Made by a program: the position numbers and the translations under genes | Shown: positions 57,601-64,000 of the stretch, piece by piece | How the letters are laid out: each line of letters starts with the position of its first letter | How positions within the stretch are numbered: position 1 is the stretch's first letter | Notes under the pieces: generated by a model | The model's database searches: none | What the model was told of the DNA's origin: nothing | The model's input: only the letters and a program-made list of their open reading frames with translations | NCBI GenBank assembly: GCA_964637115.1 | Contig: CAZWVL010000001.1 | Location: 32,001 to 96,000, forward strand | Direction of reading: 5' to 3' | DNA length: 64,000 nucleotides | From: an uncultured Methanosarcinales archaeon | GTDB taxonomy: Archaea; Nanobdellota; Nanobdellia; Woesearchaeales; ARS49

Positions 57601-58665
57601 GCAAGTACACCTGTATCAGATCCAGCACCTGCGCCGGGCTCAACACCAGTACAGCCAACAAATACTCCGGCAGGACAAACAATATCGTCAAGCACACAAC
57701 AAATTCCTCAGCAGGAAAGTCAGCCACAGCCAACTCCTCAACCAACAAGCCCGCCACCAGCACAACAAACCACTCCAACACCGCAGCAACAGACACAACA
57801 AACCCAACAGCAGCAGACAGCACAGCAACAGCAGACAACACCCACTCCAGGAACACTTGAAATCAAAGTCATTGTGGACAGCAAGGAAGTTGATGACGGC
57901 GATTCAGTAAAAGTAAAACCAGACGATGAATTCAAAGTCAAAGTGGAACTGGAGAATAACGCGGCAGAAGCCAAAGATGTAGATGTTGATGTGAAACTAA
58001 GCGACTTTGACCAGGAAGAAAGTGACAGCATAACTTTGAAAGCAGGCGAGAGCGAGCAATTCAAGTATACATTCGACATACCGAAGCTAACAGATGATGA
58101 CGAGTATCTTCTTGAGATAAGAGTGAATGAAAAAAAATGGGAAATAACGCTGAAAATAGACAAGCCATCACACGAAATTAATGTGAAAGCAAATGTGGAG
58201 CCGGAAATCGTGCTGTGCGAAGAAACTTCAGCCAAACTTAAAGTCAGAATTGAGAATACTGGCAGGGATGACGAAGAAGGAACAATAAAAGTAGAAAGCA
58301 GCACGCTGAAGTTGTTGGACGAATGGCCGTTTGACCTGCCGGAAGGGGAATCACAATTGTTTGAGAAAATTATTAATGCGCTAGTTCCCGGAGAACACGG
58401 TATTTCAGTAAAAGCGCTTTACGGAAGCAAAAACGCAAAAGCAGACGCGAAATTAACGGTAGAATCCTGCAAGAAAGAAGAAACACAAAACACGCAATTG
58501 GCGCCGGAGGAAAGAATGGCATCGGCACTTGCAAACAAGAAATCTGCGACACCAGTTAATGCAGACGCAATGCCGTTTGAAGACACAATCAGCATAATAT
58601 TTGTAGTGCTGAGTAGCATATTTGCAATTACACTACTAATAGCAATACCTAGAATATTCAGGTAG
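54652..58665 (+). CDS. 1337-aa membrane-anchored surface protein with inactive C25-like N-terminal region and cadherin-like repeats
   Basis: Signal peptide; VSRIVGDT and YALYGNPF C25-like motifs without His/Cys; three DPDN.N.V.NDDN.L repeats with NRPP boundaries; Q/P/T linker (about 57480-57850); C-terminal TM. Confidence 0.8.
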   Translation: MEMKNTLWILALILIIAIPVAAIPSVYESTSVSRIVGDTPLEMQNQLKRDDLDLESAGLFDDSLSPLIQSNMFNSFPQAFQQSPDDSWLQNSGKTLLVYNSQWYTNTHTSNNYITTGSLPKLSSPESLVIANTHYAGIALPKIDAFGDRLSSKTTLIAPLSRSSTRFLESVICNLGRNDGLPIGETFRLARNNYHWNTKDDQDIIGLSLLSYALYGNPFAKAEVPEFDTSARDYHCENRLADYTVSALSSSPITSTTDGFQQTHTYTIQDYDIEQTGTFEIINSADFELGYEPGELVLPYKSLIFQFPHKTIITGYDIEFSNPVDITANIPEWNGENYTNRICSVSSQNESATINQVNSPDSQIVIAKLNPIEITDCEQGSFTLYRTASITLSYYPYSPIRITSVEAPQESLPSEFKTIKVNIENTQNTPTTGTLILKNEQGIVSVNTISTTQSQHNLEIYTPAEEGTYTYTVEFVQNGDVKTSTTFTTEVSILDASLEIPDVVQDEADIDVHITNKKTTSMQSDITAYLSKDGQTISQQTQSIQLQPGENTATFTFTDLQKDDQQYDVLVAIPYENKIKTLTGKIVTNHDPSILNTNVIYQEGDTVLITPNVADADGDTIIASITDQPFELDGSHTLDYESSGEYTYTVEATDGTTTVQQTFGVLVQNTNRPPVISTPENVTGKEDQQITIQASATDPDNENSVDNDDNQLTITYDYPFDQNGAYTPTYEESGEIYVTVTASDGELSDAVLVKVVIANVNRPPQLDDLANITINEGEFVDLWKGRDPDNENNVTNDDNTLWMYFAGGPDGGPINHYGKWQTDNEDSGVYPMTVQVEDGELKAGKLITLTVQNVNRPPIITAPDVVYASGSVDLSQYITDPDNTNSVANDDNTLSVTYGSPFDGNGRWTPAQPDSAAQVTITVSDGEFSVTKTIMVMVDVVGVQPVQSPPVPTEEPEAPEPTQTQESTTDTSDPSPPIQSTPPASTPVSDPAPAPGSTPVQPTNTPAGQTISSSTQQIPQQESQPQPTPQPTSPPPAQQTTPTPQQQTQQTQQQQTAQQQQTTPTPGTLEIKVIVDSKEVDDGDSVKVKPDDEFKVKVELENNAAEAKDVDVDVKLSDFDQEESDSITLKAGESEQFKYTFDIPKLTDDDEYLLEIRVNEKKWEITLKIDKPSHEINVKANVEPEIVLCEETSAKLKVRIENTGRDDEEGTIKVESSTLKLLDEWPFDLPEGESQLFEKIINALVPGEHGISVKALYGSKNAKADAKLTVESCKKEETQNTQLAPEERMASALANKKSATPVNADAMPFEDTISIIFVVLSSIFAITLLIAIPRIFR

Positions 58666-58708
58666 AATTTTAGACAGCTTTTTATACTAAAATAATACAG
58701 GCATCGAT

Positions 58709-59350
58709 ATGAAAAAAGAGATATTGATGATACTAGTGATATTAGGCCTGCCAACATTCTTCATAATGAGCTTTGGGCCAGCATATTCCGGGGCATTAGT
58801 AAATGAAGTATCACAGATGAGAGTAGACAGGATAAACATGGCATTACAGTTTCCACAATACCTAATACCGATGCTAAAGCAGCCGACATATGATGCACGA
58901 AATTATTTGATACAAGGCGCAAACGAACATTATTACGGGCCAACAGGCCTCATAGACGGCTCAGGATTCTTCTTCCAGGAAATGCAATTAATTCCAGCAC
59001 TACTGCAATTAATGTGTTTAGTGCAGATTGACCAGCCAAATCAGGGATTGTATATCAGCGGACAAGGATTGCAAATACATTTGATTAACAATTTATGGTA
59101 CAACAAGCAGCTGCCCTATCTTGGAAAAGTGTTATGCGATGGAACTGCACGAGACGCAGCACACGCAACACTGGCAAAAGTAATAGAAAACGATTTCAAC
59201 CTGGTGGAATACACGGTAGAACAGAGCAACTGCCCTGAAGCAGGACGGGCAAGCCTGCAGAAAGCGCAGGAAAACTTTGCAATCGGAGAATACGAGATAA
59301 TGCTTGATTATCTGAAAGCTGCAGTAATGCAGGCAAGTGCGTGCGCATGA
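58709..59350 (+). CDS. hypothetical exported protein
   Basis: 213 aa, N-terminal hydrophobic helix. Confidence 0.7.
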   Translation: MKKEILMILVILGLPTFFIMSFGPAYSGALVNEVSQMRVDRINMALQFPQYLIPMLKQPTYDARNYLIQGANEHYYGPTGLIDGSGFFFQEMQLIPALLQLMCLVQIDQPNQGLYISGQGLQIHLINNLWYNKQLPYLGKVLCDGTARDAAHATLAKVIENDFNLVEYTVEQSNCPEAGRASLQKAQENFAIGEYEIMLDYLKAAVMQASACA

Positions 59351-59913
59351 AATTCTCGAAGTTTGAAATAAAAGAAATAGTGAAAGCCTGGATAGGAGTA
59401 TCTTTAGTGTTTGCCATAGCGATGGCCGGCTTGAAGGGGCTGGTTGTTGCGCTGCCAATTGCTTTAGTAACAGGCGGAATAGGATTTCTGCTTCACGAAT
59501 TAGCACACAAATATGTCGCACAAAAATACAAGTGCTGGGCAGAATTCAGAGCGAATAATTCAGCATTGCTCATTGGATTATTGCTGAGTTTCTTTGGATT
59601 TATTTTACTGGCGCCAGGCGGAGTGTACATCCACGGAGCAAACAGAAACCAGCACGGAAAGATAGCGCTTGCAGGGCCGTTGACGAATGTTATACTTGCG
59701 CTGCTCTTTTTTGGACTAACAACAATAGTTTCAACACCGTTGATGACTGCAACTGCAAAATACGGATTTCAGATAAATGCATTCTTAGGAGTCTTTAATT
59801 TAATACCGGTTTTGCCATTTGACGGTAGAGCTGTTTGGCAGTGGAATCGCGCGGTGTATCTGCTAACAGTTGCGGCGGCGGGGATTCTGACATTTTTTTC
59901 ATTAGCAGCTTAG
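59347..59913 (+). CDS. M50-family site-2 intramembrane metalloprotease
   Basis: LHELAHK, AGPLTN, NLIPVLPFDG; ATGA overlap with upstream gene. Confidence 0.92.
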   Translation: MKFSKFEIKEIVKAWIGVSLVFAIAMAGLKGLVVALPIALVTGGIGFLLHELAHKYVAQKYKCWAEFRANNSALLIGLLLSFFGFILLAPGGVYIHGANRNQHGKIALAGPLTNVILALLFFGLTTIVSTPLMTATAKYGFQINAFLGVFNLIPVLPFDGRAVWQWNRAVYLLTVAAAGILTFFSLAA

Positions 59914-60241
59914 CAATTCTCGCTTCGTATGCTTTAAGCTTCTCCCGGTCAGTATTGAACAACTGAATCCACTGTTGAATATTGCGCTCGCCCTTATCCT
60001 GAACCTTCACTGCAGCATACCTTAATGCGTCATACGCTTCACCGATATCCTTGATCAAATCTTCACTAGTACGAAAATCAACAAGCACGTATAATTCAAC
60101 AGTCTTGTTTGTCCTGATTTCAAGATTGATGCAGGGTAGACCATTTGGAAGAGAATAATCCGGATTCTGGTCAACGTACTCGGCATGATCATTATGTTGT
60201 GCAATAATTTTGTCAATACAGTCCAGCTTATTCATCTTCAC
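59795..60241 (-). CDS. hypothetical protein
   Basis: 148-aa ORF abutting TPR gene; last 119 nt overlap the M50 gene antisense. Confidence 0.5.
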   Translation of the reverse strand: MKMNKLDCIDKIIAQHNDHAEYVDQNPDYSLPNGLPCINLEIRTNKTVELYVLVDFRTSEDLIKDIGEAYDALRYAAVKVQDKGERNIQQWIQLFNTDREKLKAYEARIAKLLMKKMSESPPPQLLADTPRDSTAKQLYRQMAKPVLN

Positions 60242-61324
60242 TCACTTCTTGCGTAATTCCTTAAGCATTTCGTAAACTTTTTCTCCGTCATCAATTCCAA
60301 TAAGCTTCTTCTTAATTACAGAAAAATGATAGACATTCTCAAGTTTGCCAAGACCATCGTTTAATCCCCTGTTAATTTCTTCAAAAGCGGAATCAAACCT
60401 TTTAAACGCCTTCAAGCGCTGTTCATCATTTTCTGCAGCAAGTAAATCAAAACTACCCGCAAAGAAACATTCATATTGAGCCAAAAACCAATCGCGTTCC
60501 AAATATTTTTCCTTCGTCATTTCCTTGGCCCACCGATACTTGGAAATTTCATATAAGAAATCAGCTGCTTTCAGTTTGTCCTCTCTTGTGGTGGCTTCTA
60601 TCTTCAATCTAGTATTCACTGCACGCGCCTCTTTGTATGACAATTCCATTCCAGCAGCAATCAGTTCCAGCTTTTTATCGGCATTTCCGGGAAGCTTATT
60701 CAGTTCTTCCATCGCTCTTCCAGGCTGTTTACCTCCAGCACATGCACCCCAAAGACTCAAGTAAGAACGAGTATCATCTGGTTTTAATGTCACGCATTGG
60801 CGAAAGGCAGGCAACGCCTTGTCGTATTCTTTGAAGCGGCAATGAGTTGTTCCGAGGTAAAGCCACAATTCTGCATCATCTTGCTTGGCTGTAGTCGCAG
60901 CCTCCAAATGAGAAATGGCATCCTTGTACATTTGCATGGACAATTTTGATGCTTGTTCAGCTGATTCAATGCCATATGCATCTGTCAAAAGTTTCTTGCC
61001 TAAAGGAGGCAGCAACTCATAAGCGTGCAGTCCCTGAGCGGCTTTAAAAGTTTCGCGAGCAAGCTTGTCCTGCATTCTTAACAGGACTTCCTTGTGCTTA
61101 TTGTCATTTGAAAGCTTGACTACCTGCTTGTATAGTTCAGTTGCTTTCTCCCTGCTGCTCGGCTGATCGATCTTGTACTGCTGATTTTCACTCCACAACT
61201 TTTTTGATTTCTCAACAAGCGCTTCAATGTCTTCCTGAAAAATCACGTGCCGGTCTATCGGCAAATTGGTATAATTATGAGGAAGAAAAGCAAGCGACGC
61301 CGCAATAAGTTCCTTAAGTCCCAT
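60242..61324 (-). CDS. TPR-repeat protein
   Basis: AELWLYLGTTHCRFKEYDKALPAFRQCVTLKPDD; ATG 61324; reverse-strand aaaagctttaaaaa promoter-like site near 61360-61373. Confidence 0.75.
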   Translation of the reverse strand: MGLKELIAASLAFLPHNYTNLPIDRHVIFQEDIEALVEKSKKLWSENQQYKIDQPSSREKATELYKQVVKLSNDNKHKEVLLRMQDKLARETFKAAQGLHAYELLPPLGKKLLTDAYGIESAEQASKLSMQMYKDAISHLEAATTAKQDDAELWLYLGTTHCRFKEYDKALPAFRQCVTLKPDDTRSYLSLWGACAGGKQPGRAMEELNKLPGNADKKLELIAAGMELSYKEARAVNTRLKIEATTREDKLKAADFLYEISKYRWAKEMTKEKYLERDWFLAQYECFFAGSFDLLAAENDEQRLKAFKRFDSAFEEINRGLNDGLGKLENVYHFSVIKKKLIGIDDGEKVYEMLKELRKK

Positions 61325-61423
61325 TTGCACCCACTAATAGACGAGGAAATAGGTCTGTTTTTAAAGCTTTTGACCAATTTGTCAGAAAGTATTAATAGAC
61401 GTGTGTGTAGTAGTGGCTGGGGT

Positions 61424-61882
61424 GTGAAAGTGACGACATACTGGTTTCCGTTGCCGCAAAAAAGAGCTTCCGATGACAAGTTTGCAAAACTCCGAAAACA
61501 GGGAGAAATCTATGTGCTCCGGCGAAAAATTCTTCAGGTTTTGTCGTCAGACTGCGACGTGCCTGTAAGCTTTGACCCAACAACAAAATCACTAACTGCA
61601 CTCCTGCGCGGAAAAGACGGGAAAGACAATCTTTACATATCAACAGATGGACGAGAACTTGAACATTTGCAACGATTAGAATTAGCTGATGGAAAGAAAA
61701 GAAGCCATATTGAATACATGCGCGCACTAAAGGCAATTGTCATCGAGCGGCTGAATGCACGCGGGCTGACCTACCGTGATTTGCTGTTTGCAGATACCTG
61801 CAATATTCCTAAGGTCTACCGAGGCGTATTTGAACTATCAATTGACAGAATAGTGGACAAGTACTTTCTTTCACCAGAATAA
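61424..61882 (+). CDS. hypothetical protein
   Basis: Start reassigned to GTG 61424/61430 (SD ggggtg, TATA-like gaaagtattaata at 61385) to avoid overlap with the divergent TPR gene. Confidence 0.55.
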   Translation: MKVTTYWFPLPQKRASDDKFAKLRKQGEIYVLRRKILQVLSSDCDVPVSFDPTTKSLTALLRGKDGKDNLYISTDGRELEHLQRLELADGKKRSHIEYMRALKAIVIERLNARGLTYRDLLFADTCNIPKVYRGVFELSIDRIVDKYFLSPE

Positions 61883-61968
61883 TGTCCACTGGACAAGTTC
61901 TCGCATAAGCTTTTTATAGCGTCTGTAAGATTAGAGTGGTAGAACAACAGCTATTAATTATTTTCAAT

Positions 61969-64000
61969 ATGGAAAATAATAAAACATTGACGTGGAAAGA
62001 GAAACCAAATACGGCAGCAGAAGTAGATACAATACTCACACCAACAGTCAAAAAATGGTTTTATTCCAGATTTCCAAACTATTCTTTGCCACAGCTGTAT
62101 GGCGTTCTTGAGATACATTCACGCAACAACATCATTGTTTCAGCGCCTACAGGTGCAACAAAGACACTAACTGGATTTCTTTCTATTTTAAACGAGCTTG
62201 TTGACTCAGCAGAAAAAGGAGTTTTGCAAGACAAAGTTTATGCGGTCTATATTTCACCTTTGAAAGCACTGTCAAACGACATTTCCAAGAACTTGAAAGA
62301 ACCGCTTGAACAAATAGAACAAATTGCCGGCAAAAGTTTAGGCATTCGAGTTGGTGTTCGCACAGGCGATACAACTGCCACAGAGAAAAGCAAGATGCTC
62401 AAGCATCCGCCGCACATTTTAATCACTACGCCAGAAAGTTTGTGCATAATGATGACCTCTATGAAGTTCAGAGAGCATCTGAAAGGAGTAGAATGGTGCA
62501 TTGTAGACGAAATACACGCGCTTGCAGAAAACAAAAGAGGAGTAGACCTTTCTTTATCACTCGAACGCCTGCAGCACTTGTCTGCTGGAATGTGCAGGAT
62601 AGGTCTTTCAGCAACAGTAGCGCCAATAGACCAAATTGCGCAGTACCTTGTCGGCAATGGAAGATCATGCAAGATAATAGAAATTCAGTTCTTGAAGAAT
62701 TTAGACTTGAAAGTGCTTTCTCCTGTTGACAATTTAATTGACACGCCCCACGGTATTGCCCACCACGCGATGTACACGCTCATTGACGAATTAATCCAGC
62801 AGCACAAGACAACACTGGTGTTTACTAACACACGTGCAGCAACTGAGCGCGTTGTAGATCACCTGAAAACACGATTTCCGAGCAAATATGTAGGAAACAT
62901 TGGAGCGCATCACGGCAGCATGAGCAAAAGAATGCGTCTTGAAATCGAGGATAAACTACGAAAAGGAGAATTGAAAGCAGTTGTCTGCTCAACATCACTC
63001 GAACTGGGCATTGACATTGGTTACATTGACTTAGTTATTTGCCTTGGCTCTCCAAAATCAGTTGCAAGATTCCTTCAAAGAGCCGGCAGAAGCGGGCACA
63101 AACTCCACGAAACAGTCAAAGCACGCATAATCGTAATGGACCGAGATGATTTAGTTGAATGTGCAGTATTATTGAAAAGCGCCATAGAGAAGAAAATAGA
63201 CAAAGTACACATTCCTTGTAATGCACTTGACGTTCTTGCGCAACAATTATTGGGAATGGCGCTGGAAGAGGTCTGGGAAGAAAAAGAGCTCTACAAAGTC
63301 GTAAAACAAAGCTACTGCTACAAAGACCTGAAACTGAACGATTTCAACCAAATTCTCAGCTATCTTGCAGGAGAGTTTGTAGATCTTGAAGACAGACACA
63401 TCTATGCAAAGATTTGGCGCCAAGACGGCAAAATAGGAAAGAAAGGCAAGATGACAAGAGTCATCTACATGATGAATATCGGCACGATTCCAGACGAATC
63501 GTTCATCACCGTAAAAGTAGGCACGGAAACAGTCGGCATGCTCGACGAAGGATTTGTAGAACGAATGAAACCAGGCGATGTGTTTGTACTTGGTGGAGAC
63601 ACGTACATGTTCAAGTTCACCCGCGGAATGGTGGCGCAAGTCTCAACTTCCGTGAATAGGCCCCCGACAGTACCCCGCTGGGCTTCAGAAATGCTGCCAT
63701 TAAGCTTTGACCTGGCAAATGAAATTGGCAGATTCAGACGATTAATGATGGAGAAGTTCACATCCGGCGAGAATAAAGCAGCCATTCTGAAATTCATCAA
63801 TGAACATTTGTATGTCGATGACAAAGCAGCAAATGCCATCTATGAATATTTCAAAGAACAATACGATTACTGCAAGAAGATACCCAGCGACAAAACAATT
63901 CTGATCGAATATTATGTTGATGAGCGCGATCAAAAAATAATCTTTCATTCCCTGTTTGGCAGGCGAGTCAATGATTGTTTGAGCAGAGCAGTCGCGTTCG
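61969..64000 (+). CDS. lhr: Lhr-family ATP-dependent SF2 helicase, truncated by window end
   Basis: Manual translation from ATG 61969: APTGATKT, YISPLKALSNDI, VRTGDT, ILITTPESL, VDEIH, IGLSAT, HHGS, TSLELGIDIG, QRAGRSGH; open to the edge. Confidence 0.93.
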   Translation, partial: MENNKTLTWKEKPNTAAEVDTILTPTVKKWFYSRFPNYSLPQLYGVLEIHSRNNIIVSAPTGATKTLTGFLSILNELVDSAEKGVLQDKVYAVYISPLKALSNDISKNLKEPLEQIEQIAGKSLGIRVGVRTGDTTATEKSKMLKHPPHILITTPESLCIMMTSMKFREHLKGVEWCIVDEIHALAENKRGVDLSLSLERLQHLSAGMCRIGLSATVAPIDQIAQYLVGNGRSCKIIEIQFLKNLDLKVLSPVDNLIDTPHGIAHHAMYTLIDELIQQHKTTLVFTNTRAATERVVDHLKTRFPSKYVGNIGAHHGSMSKRMRLEIEDKLRKGELKAVVCSTSLELGIDIGYIDLVICLGSPKSVARFLQRAGRSGHKLHETVKARIIVMDRDDLVECAVLLKSAIEKKIDKVHIPCNALDVLAQQLLGMALEEVWEEKELYKVVKQSYCYKDLKLNDFNQILSYLAGEFVDLEDRHIYAKIWRQDGKIGKKGKMTRVIYMMNIGTIPDESFITVKVGTETVGMLDEGFVERMKPGDVFVLGGDTYMFKFTRGMVAQVSTSVNRPPTVPRWASEMLPLSFDLANEIGRFRRLMMEKFTSGENKAAILKFINEHLYVDDKAANAIYEYFKEQYDYCKKIPSDKTILIEYYVDERDQKIIFHSLFGRRVNDCLSRAVAF

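Noticed and set aside
59795-59913. 119-nt convergent overlap between the 148-aa ORF and the M50 protease gene as a functional antisense feature
   Set aside because: The overlapping tail looks like run-through after loss of a stop codon; nothing supports a function.
61247-61423. N-terminal extension of the 211-aa ORF overlapping the TPR gene (also the longer starts at 14007, 17477, 28692 and 38979)
   Set aside because: These extensions cross promoters or neighbouring genes; downstream starts fit SD or TATA spacing and signal peptides better.

Overview
Archaeal genomic window, most consistent with a DPANN/Woesearchaeota-type organism. Evidence: rpl15e, archaeal-type TIM, archaeal family-B DNA polymerase, BRE-TATA promoters about 21-25 nt upstream of start codons, and class III signal-peptide proteins; the taxon is inferred, not proven. 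Housekeeping genes (tpiA, trxA, polB, RNase Z-like, rpl15e, grpE-dnaK-dnaJ, Lhr helicase) are interspersed with many surface proteins and lipoproteins. No rRNA, CRISPR array, integrase or transposase was recognised. Strongest leads: (1) a three-gene polymorphic-toxin-like locus at 47880-58665, comprising a subtilase ending in a cholera/LT-type ADP-ribosyltransferase, a cytoplasmic putative immunity gene, and a membrane-anchored partner, with what looks like a catalytically dead gingipain (C25) fold split between toxin and partner; (2) a non-canonical type II tRNA at 9458-9574 with a T-loop (59/60) intron, GAG anticodon, Ser-like acceptor end and tRNA-Sec-like A8/D-arm; (3) a zinc deaminase next to polB whose PCxxC motif is split by about 100 residues; (4) a bacterial sigma-70-like gene behind an archaeal-type TATA box; (5) a family of covarying intergenic palindromes flanking rpl15e. 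The ORF track missed both edge-truncated genes and four small ORFs, which are added here. All family assignments come from motif recognition by eye; no database searches were run.
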